Assembly: GCA_021155045.1 (NCBI GenBank)
Contig: JAJNQB010000014.1
Coordinates: 85,025 to 149,024, forward strand
Length of the DNA stretch: 64,000 bases
From: Arcticibacter sp.
Lineage (GTDB): Bacteria > Bacteroidota > Bacteroidia > 2-12-FULL-35-15
Direction of reading: 5' to 3'
Shown: piece by piece, positions 1 to 7,738 of the stretch
Layout: each line of letters starts with the position of its first letter
Numbering within the stretch: position 1 is the first letter of the stretch
Program-made: the position numbers and the translations under genes
The notes under the pieces: generated by a model
Database searches by the model: none
Seen by the model: only the letters and a program-made list of their open reading frames with translations
Told to the model about the DNA's origin: nothing

Positions 1-302
1 GTTATCGCACCATGATTGACAGAATTAGAAGGGATAAAAAACAAGGCGATATGACGGAAGCAAACCTGAAAAGCCTAAATCATAGCAAACAATACAGTGA
101 TTTAAAAGAAATATTAAATGAAGCATTAAATAAATTACCAGAAATACAACGTTCTGTTATTTTATTAAGAGATTATGAAGGTTATAACTATGCTGAAATA
201 GGAGAAATAACCAACTTAAATGAATCGCAAGTAAAAGTTTACATATTCAGAGCTAGGGCTTTTTTGAAAAACTATATTGGCGCAATGGAGAATGTTATTT
301 AA
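1..302 (+). CDS. RNA polymerase ECF-type sigma-70 factor, 5'-truncated by the window edge; only region 3/4 is visible
   Basis: The C-terminal sigma-70 region 4 HTH pattern (VILLRDYEGYNYAEIGEITNLNESQVKVYIFRARAFLK) is present. It is followed 45 bp downstream by a single-pass membrane protein, as in sigma/anti-sigma pairs. Confidence 0.75.
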   Translation, partial: YRTMIDRIRRDKKQGDMTEANLKSLNHSKQYSDLKEILNEALNKLPEIQRSVILLRDYEGYNYAEIGEITNLNESQVKVYIFRARAFLKNYIGAMENVI

Positions 303-320
303 ATAAAACACACACCCCTG

Positions 321-336
321 CCCCTCTCAAGAGGGG
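321..336. promoter_or_regulatory. Perfect 6-bp-stem/4-nt-loop GC hairpin (CCCCTC-TCAA-GAGGGG) between the sigma and anti-sigma genes; no U-tract follows
   Basis: Read directly from the sequence. It is a GC-rich island in an AT-rich intergenic region and is preceded by a second CCCCTG copy. Confidence 0.3.
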
Positions 337-347
337 AATAAAAAAAG

Positions 348-1628
348 ATGAATATTAACAAACATAACTACGAAGCATTTTTCCTTGATTATTACGAAGG
401 AAAATTAACACCAAATGAGGTGGCTGAATTGTTATTGTTTATTGAACAACATCCTGAAGTAAAAGAGGATTTTGATTCGTTCGAAAATATTACACTTGAC
501 AATTCTTCTTTTGTTTTTGAAAATAAAGAAGAATTAAAAAAAGAAATTACGTTCAACAATAAAGATGAATTCTTTATTAAAGCTATTGAAGGAAACATCA
601 CTAAAACAGAAAATGAATTGTTGAATTCATTTTTAAAACAACATCCCCAGTCGTTTTATGAATTAGAATTATATAAAAAAACAAAACTGTATCCAGAATT
701 AAATATTGTTTTTGACAATAAAGACACACTAAAACAGATTTGTACTCCGCAAGACGAGCTATTAATTTCAGCACTTGAAAATCAACTGAGCTTACCAGAG
801 CTTGAACTATTGAATCAACAGTTTGAAGCTGATATTAGCTTTAAAAGTGAATATGCGCTTTTTCAAAAAACAAAATTAAAAGCAGATTCTTCTGTTGTAT
901 ATGAAAACAAAGAAAAACTAAAACGTAAAGAGAAAAAAATAATTCCTCTTTATTTTCGCTATGCGGCTGCAGCAGCAATTTTATTGCTTTTTGGACTGTT
1001 TTATATTTTTAATAAACCCAACCAACCGAAAAGTTTTGCGCATAAAAACACTGTTGCTCCTACAAAAAATAATGGCAGTGTAGTTGAAAACAAGAAAGAA
1101 AGCACAACAACTACTACAACAAATTTAAATGCTGTGGCGAATACGACTATTAGAAAAAATAAAGAAAAAAATAATTTTGAAAATGCGCCAAACAACACTA
1201 TAATTGAAAATAAAATTACTCCTCCTGAATTTGTTTTCACAAACAACGAAAAAGTTAACGAAGAAATTATTGTTTCTAATAACAATGAAAATGCGATTGC
1301 AAATGCAAACAAAAAAGAAAATGAATCGCTTTTAGCTGATAATTCTTCCAAAAATAAAGCAACAAAAAATGATTATTTATCATTGAAAGAAACAGTGGCT
1401 ACAAAAATCAAAGAAAAAACATTTGATGTTGCTTCCATAGAAAATCAGAAAGAAAATGGAAGAATAAAAAAATTTAATTTTTGGGATGTAGCGCAAGTTG
1501 TTGCAAATGGCATTAGTAAATTAACTGGAAAAGAAGTTATAAAAGTAAAACCCGAATATAACGAAGAAGGTGCGGTTACTGCGTATGCTTTAGGTGCTGG
1601 CGGATTCGAAATAAGTAAAGGAAAGTAA
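348..1628 (+). CDS. Putative anti-sigma factor: cytoplasmic N-domain, one TM helix, low-complexity N/T/K-rich extracytoplasmic domain
   Basis: It lies immediately downstream of the ECF sigma gene. A hydrophobic segment (RYAAAAAILLLFGLFYIF) sits mid-protein. The N-terminal region shows three internally repeated ~60-aa segments (motif FL..HPE...EF..FE...L). Confidence 0.6.
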   Translation: MNINKHNYEAFFLDYYEGKLTPNEVAELLLFIEQHPEVKEDFDSFENITLDNSSFVFENKEELKKEITFNNKDEFFIKAIEGNITKTENELLNSFLKQHPQSFYELELYKKTKLYPELNIVFDNKDTLKQICTPQDELLISALENQLSLPELELLNQQFEADISFKSEYALFQKTKLKADSSVVYENKEKLKRKEKKIIPLYFRYAAAAAILLLFGLFYIFNKPNQPKSFAHKNTVAPTKNNGSVVENKKESTTTTTTNLNAVANTTIRKNKEKNNFENAPNNTIIENKITPPEFVFTNNEKVNEEIIVSNNNENAIANANKKENESLLADNSSKNKATKNDYLSLKETVATKIKEKTFDVASIENQKENGRIKKFNFWDVAQVVANGISKLTGKEVIKVKPEYNEEGAVTAYALGAGGFEISKGK

Positions 1629-1696
1629 TACTTGGTTGAATGATTTATTTGTTTACTAGTAAAAAACGAATGAACCAATCAACGAATGAACTAAAT

Positions 1697-2665
1697 TCAA
1701 ATCCAACCTTTTTCCAAAATATCTTTTGTATGATAAGTGATAATCAAGTTTGCTCCTGCCCTTGCAAAAGCATACATATTTTCCATCACTATTTTTTGTT
1801 CATCAATCCAACCTTTTGCAGCCGCAGCTTTTACCATAGAATACTCACCAGAAACATTATAACAAGCGATAGGTAATAATGTATGTTGTCTTAAATTAAA
1901 AATTACATCCATATATGCCAAGGCTGGCTTCACCATTAAAACATCTGCTCCTTCTGATTCGTCCAACAATCCTTCCGTCATTGACTCATTTCCATTTCTA
2001 AAATCCATTTGGTAGGATTTTCTATCTCCTTTTTGCGGTGCAGAATCAGCAGCTTCACGAAATGGACCATAATAAGCAGATGCATATTTTATGGAATACG
2101 ACATGATAGCTGTGTTCTCAAAACCTTTTTTATCAAGTAAACTACGCATGGCTCCTATTCTTCCATCCATCATATCGCTAGGTGCAACCATGTCTGCACC
2201 AGCTTGTGCATGTGATAAAGCCATTTTTGCTAATACTTCTACTGATGAATCATTGTGCACATAATCGTCATGAATAATACCGCAATGTCCATGTGTTGTA
2301 TATGCACATACACATACATCGGTAATAACATAAAGTGATTCTCCGAATTTATCTTTTAATGCCTTTACAGCTTTTACAATTATTGAATTATTGCTGAATG
2401 AAGAACTTGCATCTTCTGTTTTTTGTTCGCCAACACCAAAAAGTAAAATTTTATTGATTCCTAATTTTAATCCTTTTTCAACATCTTTAATTAATTCATC
2501 AATCGAAAAATGATTAACGCCTGGCATGGCATCAATAGGATGAACAATATTTTTACCTTCAACTACAAAATAAGGGTAGATAAACATATCTTTTGAAAGA
2601 CGAGTTTCTGCTACCATTTCTCTGGAGATGGCTGTTTTTCTTAATCTACGTGGACGGTGTATCAT
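1697..2665 (-). CDS. hemB: Porphobilinogen synthase (delta-aminolevulinate dehydratase)
   Basis: The HRPRRLR N-terminal motif is present and the protein is ALAD-like throughout, with active-site Lys regions. The ORF track starts at a GTG at 2677; the ATG 4 codons in (MIHRPRRLRK) is the likelier start. Confidence 0.9.
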   Translation of the reverse strand: MIHRPRRLRKTAISREMVAETRLSKDMFIYPYFVVEGKNIVHPIDAMPGVNHFSIDELIKDVEKGLKLGINKILLFGVGEQKTEDASSSFSNNSIIVKAVKALKDKFGESLYVITDVCVCAYTTHGHCGIIHDDYVHNDSSVEVLAKMALSHAQAGADMVAPSDMMDGRIGAMRSLLDKKGFENTAIMSYSIKYASAYYGPFREAADSAPQKGDRKSYQMDFRNGNESMTEGLLDESEGADVLMVKPALAYMDVIFNLRQHTLLPIACYNVSGEYSMVKAAAAKGWIDEQKIVMENMYAFARAGANLIITYHTKDILEKGWI

Positions 2666-2667
2666 AG

Positions 2668-2700
2668 TATAGAACACAAATTTTTATGATTGTTACGATT
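2668..2700. repeat. Copy A of an intergenic ~30-bp repeat (ATAGAACACAAATTTTTATGATTGTTACGATT); it forms the left inverted repeat flanking GxxExxY copy 1
   Basis: An inverted partner lies at ~3116-3143 and a third copy at ~4718-4748 (coordinates ±2). Confidence 0.6.
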
Positions 2701-3097
2701 TTTTATGTTTTTTATATTCGTTATTGAAAACCTTACGTTTATACTCCGCTTCTTTTCCAAAATTTAAGAGTAAGCCTCCCTCGATGTCTGTGGCACGAAG
2801 ATAATTCACCAATTGAGCTTCGTGCTCTTCAATTAAACAATCTGCTGCTTTTAATTCAATAATTACACAATCATTTACAATTATATCTGTAAAATATTGT
2901 CCTACATTTATTTCATCATAAAAAACCCCAATCGGACATTGTTTTTGGCAATTTAACCCAAGTTTTTTTAGTTCTATCATCATTGAATTTTCGTATACCT
3001 TTTCTAAAAAACCATATCCAAGTTTATTATACACATTGTAAAATGCTTTAATAATCAAACCCGTTATATCTGAATGCAAAAAATTATTCCCTGACAT
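2693..3097 (-). CDS. GxxExxY family protein (PD-(D/E)xK nuclease superfamily), copy 1, inserted between hemB and hemCD
   Basis: Family signature GYGFLEKVYENSMMIELKKLG ... DIIVNDCVIIELKA ... EAQLVNYL; length ~130 aa. Confidence 0.8.
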   Translation of the reverse strand: MSGNNFLHSDITGLIIKAFYNVYNKLGYGFLEKVYENSMMIELKKLGLNCQKQCPIGVFYDEINVGQYFTDIIVNDCVIIELKAADCLIEEHEAQLVNYLRATDIEGGLLLNFGKEAEYKRKVFNNEYKKHKKS

Positions 3098-3115
3098 AAT
3101 TTATCTTAACTCATC

Positions 3116-3143
3116 ATCATAATCCTAAAAATCCGTGTTCTAT
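3116..3143. repeat. Copy B (inverted) of the hem-operon intergenic repeat; it forms the right inverted repeat flanking GxxExxY copy 1
   Basis: The reverse complement ATAGAACACGGATTTTTAGGATTATGAT matches copy A at about 24 of 28 positions. Confidence 0.55.
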
Positions 3144-4702
3144 CACACCCCGAAAACAGCTTCCACCAAACCAACTTCATCAAAAGATTGTGGCAAAATG
3201 CAATTTTCAACATTATATTCTTTTAATTTTTTTTCTGTTGATTTTCCAATTGCAACTACTTGTTGTTTGTCAGAAATTTTTGCTTTAGTGAAAAACGAAT
3301 CAACATTTGAAGGGCTCGTAAATACAACTATTTCAGCAGTTGGAATTGTTGTGCTTTCTTTTTTACCAGTTTCATAAACAACTAAATCAGTTAGTTTTGT
3401 TTGATCTTCGAATTGTTGTTGAATCGTTCTTAATCCTCCTTTTGCTTGTGGAAATAAAACTTTTTCTGCTCCTACTGTTTTTGCGAATTTTTTTCCAACA
3501 ATTTTTGTATCGTTTATACTCCCAACAAATGCTGCATTTTTATTATGTTGCTTTAATGCTTGCTCCGTTGATTTCCCAATAACTCCAAATTTAATTTTGC
3601 TTTTTAACTCTGGATTTTGTGCAAAGAAAAAATCAACAGCATTGCTACTTGCAAAAAATATCCAATCGCATTCAGGTACTGAATTATATTTCACTTCTTT
3701 TGTTTCTATGAATGAAATTCCAGTAACAGTATATTTATTCCCTTCTAATGTTTTTTTGAAAAAAGAATCTTCATTCAAATCACGAGTAATTAAAACAGAA
3801 CAAGGTTTTATTGAATTTAATGCTTCTACAATTTTTTGAGCTAAACCATCATTCGTAAATGATTCTTTGTAAATACGTTTTGGCATTGTATTCCAACTAT
3901 CCGACTTGGATGCCCATACTTTAAATTTATTATCTTCTTTAATACAGTAAACACCCAATGGCAATTGACAACCGCCATCAAACAAGTTTAACACCTTCCG
4001 TTCAACGCCAATAATGTCTTCTACTTTTTCGAAATTTAATTTATTAATGTATTGAAACAATTCATGATCTTCTTCTCTTATTTGCAAAGCAAGAACACCT
4101 TGTGCAGGAGCAGGGATAAATTCTTTTGGGTCAAGTCGTACAACTTTGAATTCGCTTAAATCAATTCTTAATCGCTCAACACCCGCAGCAGCAAGCATGA
4201 TGGCATCGTATTTTTTATCTCGTAATTTCTGAATACGAGTAGGAACATTTCCTCTTAAATCTTCAATTTTAATATCTCCTCTAAAAGCAAATAATTGTGA
4301 TTTTCTACGTGCAGAAGAAGTTCCAATAATAGCATTTGTTTTAAAAGAAAATTTTTGTGTTTTATCAAACGATTCTTTTCTGATAATAATTAATTCAGCA
4401 GAATCTTCTCTTTCAGAAACAGCAGCAATTTGAAGTCCTTCTGGCGATGTTGTTGGTAAATCTTTATGAGAATGAACAGCTAAATCAATTTCTTTTTTTA
4501 ATAGAGCTTCTTCAATTTCTTTTGTAAAAAAACCTTTTCCTTCAAGCTTATCAAAACTCAAATCTTGAATTTGGTCTCCTTGAGTTTTAATTATTTTTAT
4601 TTCAGCTGTAAGCCCAAGCTTTTGAACTTTCCTTAATACATGATTGGCTTGCCACAATGCCAATTCGCTTCCTCTTGAACCTATTATTATTTTACGAGTC
4701 AT
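3143..4702 (-). CDS. hemCD: Bifunctional hydroxymethylbilane synthase / uroporphyrinogen-III synthase (HemC-HemD fusion)
   Basis: The N-terminal ~275 aa are PBG deaminase (MTRKIIIGSRGSELALWQ, cofactor Cys in GGCQLPLG). The C-terminal ~240 aa are a HemD-like fold (VLITRDLNEDSFF..., VVFTSPSNVDSFF). Confidence 0.85.
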   Translation of the reverse strand: MTRKIIIGSRGSELALWQANHVLRKVQKLGLTAEIKIIKTQGDQIQDLSFDKLEGKGFFTKEIEEALLKKEIDLAVHSHKDLPTTSPEGLQIAAVSEREDSAELIIIRKESFDKTQKFSFKTNAIIGTSSARRKSQLFAFRGDIKIEDLRGNVPTRIQKLRDKKYDAIMLAAAGVERLRIDLSEFKVVRLDPKEFIPAPAQGVLALQIREEDHELFQYINKLNFEKVEDIIGVERKVLNLFDGGCQLPLGVYCIKEDNKFKVWASKSDSWNTMPKRIYKESFTNDGLAQKIVEALNSIKPCSVLITRDLNEDSFFKKTLEGNKYTVTGISFIETKEVKYNSVPECDWIFFASSNAVDFFFAQNPELKSKIKFGVIGKSTEQALKQHNKNAAFVGSINDTKIVGKKFAKTVGAEKVLFPQAKGGLRTIQQQFEDQTKLTDLVVYETGKKESTTIPTAEIVVFTSPSNVDSFFTKAKISDKQQVVAIGKSTEKKLKEYNVENCILPQSFDEVGLVEAVFGV

Positions 4703-4717
4703 TGATTAATTTATATG

Positions 4718-4748
4718 GAACACTGATTTTTATGATAGTTATGATTGT
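4718..4748. repeat. Copy C of the hem-operon intergenic repeat (GGAACACTGATTTTTATGATAGTTATGATT), between hemCD and hemA; it is followed by a complementary AAAATCATAAAAAAATCATAATT segment that can pair with it
   Basis: It is the third occurrence of the motif GAACACnnATTTTTAnGATwnTTAyGAT within 2.1 kb. A local inverted repeat follows at 4730-4790. Confidence 0.5.
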
Positions 4749-4798
4749 TTAAGATTTTACCAGCGAAAATCATAAAAAAATCATAATTAATCTGCGTA

Positions 4799-6052
4799 CT
4801 ATTTTTGATTGGTCAAAATGTCTTTTGCCATTTTCATAGGTACGCTGATGTATTTTTTTTCCATGTATTGAAGTATTTTATCTAACACCTCTTTTGAACC
4901 TGCATCCATTGACAATAATTCTTTAGCAAATACTTCATTGAGTGCAACTTCACGAATCTCCTTAACTTTTTTAGGAACTTCACTCATTGCCAACTCTACT
5001 TTTCTTGTTCTTAAAATTTGTTCGAACTCTTGAATATTATTTTCAATGATTATTTTACAAGCTTCCAGCTCTTGTTCACGTGCTTGCATGTTTTCTTTAG
5101 CAACTTCTTGTAAATTATTTATTGCAATTAAATTTACATCATAATTGTTTAAAATTTCAGCGTCCAAATCGTTAGGAATTGCTAAATCAATTACTATCTT
5201 TTTTGATTTATCATTACCAACTAATTTCTTATAGATAGCAGGAGTAATTACGCTTTCGGCAGCGCCAGTACAAGTAACAATAATATCAAATCCATCTGTA
5301 TAATTTTCTAATGCTGATAAAGGAAATGCTTTTCCATTTAACTCTGCTGCTAATGTTTCAGCATTTGCAAGCGTTCTATTAAAAATAGTAAAATTAGTAA
5401 ACTTATGTTTTTTCAGATACTTCGCCATATTGGTATTTGTTACACCCGAACCAATAATTAAAAAACGAGCATCTAATTTTGCATTTAAGGAGCGCAACTT
5501 GCGATATGCTAAAGAAACTACAGAAACAGGATTGCGAGCAATATTAGTATGTGTATAAACATCTTTTCCAACTTCAATTGTTCGTTTGATTACTAAGCGA
5601 ATTAAATCACCAGTTAAATTTAGTTGATTGCATTTTTCATAAGCATTTCTTACTTGCGTAATAATTTCTCTTTCGCCAACCACCAATGAATCAATAGAAG
5701 AAGCAACACTAAACAAATGGCGTAAAGCATTTTCTCCTTCATACACTTGAGCATTTTCAACAGACCAATTAATTTCATTTTCAGTCCAAGAAGAATCGAA
5801 TGCGGTGAAAAATTTGTTTAGAAATGTTTTATCTAAAGATTCGGCAACCGAAAGCAAAAATTCAACTCTGTTACATGTAGATAAATAAAGAAGTTCTTGT
5901 GCATTCACAGAAGCCTTTAAAAAATTTAAACGTTCTGCTAAATCTTTTTCATCAATATGAAAATTGCCAATATCATTAATATCGGTAGTTTTGTGAGTGA
6001 ATGCTATGATTTTAAAATTATTCAAATCGGCTACTTTTCTTTTACAGCACAA
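4799..6052 (-). CDS. hemA: Glutamyl-tRNA reductase
   Basis: The catalytic Cys lies in an STCNRVE context, the HLFSVASSIDSLVVGEREI motif is present, and a C-terminal NAD-binding/dimerisation region is visible. Confidence 0.9.
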   Translation of the reverse strand: MCCKRKVADLNNFKIIAFTHKTTDINDIGNFHIDEKDLAERLNFLKASVNAQELLYLSTCNRVEFLLSVAESLDKTFLNKFFTAFDSSWTENEINWSVENAQVYEGENALRHLFSVASSIDSLVVGEREIITQVRNAYEKCNQLNLTGDLIRLVIKRTIEVGKDVYTHTNIARNPVSVVSLAYRKLRSLNAKLDARFLIIGSGVTNTNMAKYLKKHKFTNFTIFNRTLANAETLAAELNGKAFPLSALENYTDGFDIIVTCTGAAESVITPAIYKKLVGNDKSKKIVIDLAIPNDLDAEILNNYDVNLIAINNLQEVAKENMQAREQELEACKIIIENNIQEFEQILRTRKVELAMSEVPKKVKEIREVALNEVFAKELLSMDAGSKEVLDKILQYMEKKYISVPMKMAKDILTNQK

Positions 6053-6076
6053 ATTTGCAAAGCATTACAAGTAGTT

Positions 6077-6097
6077 TTGTCATAGAATTGTCATAGA
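6077..6097. promoter_or_regulatory. Two direct copies of TTGTCATAGA with an 11-bp period, ~25-45 bp upstream of the hemA start codon; candidate operator
   Basis: Read from the sequence (TTGTCATAGAATTGTCATAGA). A repeat at helical-turn spacing is typical of dimeric regulator sites. Confidence 0.25.
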
Positions 6098-6276
6098 AAT
6101 AATTTAGAACACTTCTAAATAAGAAAATCTTAGAATACCCTAATTTTATTAGCTTTCAAAACAAAATCAAGAAACTGATTTTAGTCATTTTGAAGTATGA
6201 TTTACTCACAAACATTTTGACCTTATGAATTATTATAAATACTACCTTTGCGGGTAAATTCAAAAATTAATAAATC

Positions 6277-7668
6277 GTGCAATTTGAATTTACAACAGAA
6301 TTTTTAGAAACGCTCCAAAGTTCCATAGTTACTGGCAACAAAGAGTCTGTTCGTATACAACTGAAAGAGTTGTACCCACCTGATATTGCCGAAATTTTAA
6401 ATAAACTTGAACTAGAACAAGCTCTTTTTGTATATAAATTATTAGATGAACAAGTTTCAGCCGATGTGTTGGTTGAATTAGAAGAAGACATCCGGGAGCA
6501 AATATTAAATTCATTAACATCAAAACAAATTGCGGAGCAATTAATTGATAATATGGATTCGGATGATGCAGCCGATGTTATTGCTGAATTGCCTGATAAA
6601 ATGCAGGGGGAAGTACTTGCGCAATTAGAAGATAGTGAACAAGCTAGTGATATCGTTGATTTATTAAATTACGATGAAAACACTGCTGGTGGTTTAATGG
6701 CAAAGGAGTTAATTCGTGTTCATGTAAACAGTAGTGCTATTGAATGTGTAAGAGAGATAAGAAATCAAGCAGATGATGAAGAAGACATATATGCTATTTA
6801 TGTAGTGGATGATGATGAAAAACTTGTTGGTATTTTACAATTAAAAAAATTAATTATTTCTCCTACTCGTGCTAAGGTAGCCGATATATATGATGCGAAG
6901 GTTATCTCTGTAAAGACAAATACTGATGCCGAAGAAGTTGCCAACGTTATGGATAAATACAACCTTGTAATTTTACCTGTTGTAGATGCTTTAGGAAGAT
7001 TGGTTGGGAAAATTACAATTGATGATGTGGTTGATGTTAGAAGAGATGAAGAAACAGAAGATTTACAAAAGATGGCTGGTATGGAAGCTTTGGACGAACC
7101 ATACATGAACATTTCTTTGTTTTCTATGCTAAAAAAACGTGCAGGCTGGTTGGTAATACTTTTTATTGGTGAAAGTTTAACCGCTACTGCAATGAGTTTT
7201 TTTGAAAATGAAATTGCAAAAGTTGTTGTGCTTGCTATGTTTGTTCCTTTAATTATTTCGAGCGGAGGAAATACGGGATCACAAGCTTCAACGCTAGTTA
7301 TTCGTGCATTGGCTTTAAATGAAATTACTATTAAAGATTGGTGGAAAATTATTCAAAAAGAAATTAAAGTTGGCTTGATACTTGGCTTAATGCTAGGAAT
7401 AATAGGCTTTACAAGAGTTGTTTTGTGGGCACAATTTGTAAATATCTACGGACCAAACTGGCTAGAAATTGGATTAACTGTTGGTATTTCATTAATTGGA
7501 GTTGTACTTTGGGGGAATACCGTAGGTTCTCTTTTCCCAATTATATTAAAACGCTTAGGACTCGACCCAGCAGTTTCTTCTGCTCCTTTTGTTGCTACAG
7601 TTGTTGATATTACCGGATTACTAATCTATTTTACAGTAGCATCAATCTTATTAAGTAGTATTTTGTAA
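6277..7668 (+). CDS. mgtE: Magnesium transporter MgtE
   Basis: Domain order is an MgtE N-domain, tandem CBS domains, then a C-terminal 5-TM MgtE channel domain (PLIISSGGNTGSQAS). Confidence 0.9.
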   Translation: MQFEFTTEFLETLQSSIVTGNKESVRIQLKELYPPDIAEILNKLELEQALFVYKLLDEQVSADVLVELEEDIREQILNSLTSKQIAEQLIDNMDSDDAADVIAELPDKMQGEVLAQLEDSEQASDIVDLLNYDENTAGGLMAKELIRVHVNSSAIECVREIRNQADDEEDIYAIYVVDDDEKLVGILQLKKLIISPTRAKVADIYDAKVISVKTNTDAEEVANVMDKYNLVILPVVDALGRLVGKITIDDVVDVRRDEETEDLQKMAGMEALDEPYMNISLFSMLKKRAGWLVILFIGESLTATAMSFFENEIAKVVVLAMFVPLIISSGGNTGSQASTLVIRALALNEITIKDWWKIIQKEIKVGLILGLMLGIIGFTRVVLWAQFVNIYGPNWLEIGLTVGISLIGVVLWGNTVGSLFPIILKRLGLDPAVSSAPFVATVVDITGLLIYFTVASILLSSIL

Positions 7669-7688
7669 TTATATTTTTACATAAAAAA

Positions 7689-7712
7689 AGCGAAGTAAAA
7701 TTTTACTTCGCT
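7689..7712. terminator. Bidirectional rho-independent terminator between convergent mgtE and the ppiD-like gene
   Basis: Perfect palindrome AGCGAAGTAAAATTTTACTTCGCT, flanked by an A-run upstream and a T-run downstream. Confidence 0.6.
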
Positions 7713-7738
7713 TTTCTTTTTAATTTTTTTAAAAGAAA

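Noticed and set aside
392-1678. Antisense ORFs of 69-116 aa inside the anti-sigma gene (392..601, 1001..1351, 1445..1678)
   Set aside because: They are low-complexity, AT-rich-codon artefacts entirely contained within a better-supported gene on the opposite strand.
1640-1876. 78-aa + strand ORF overlapping the hemB 3' end
   Set aside because: It overlaps a confidently identified gene and has no recognisable features.
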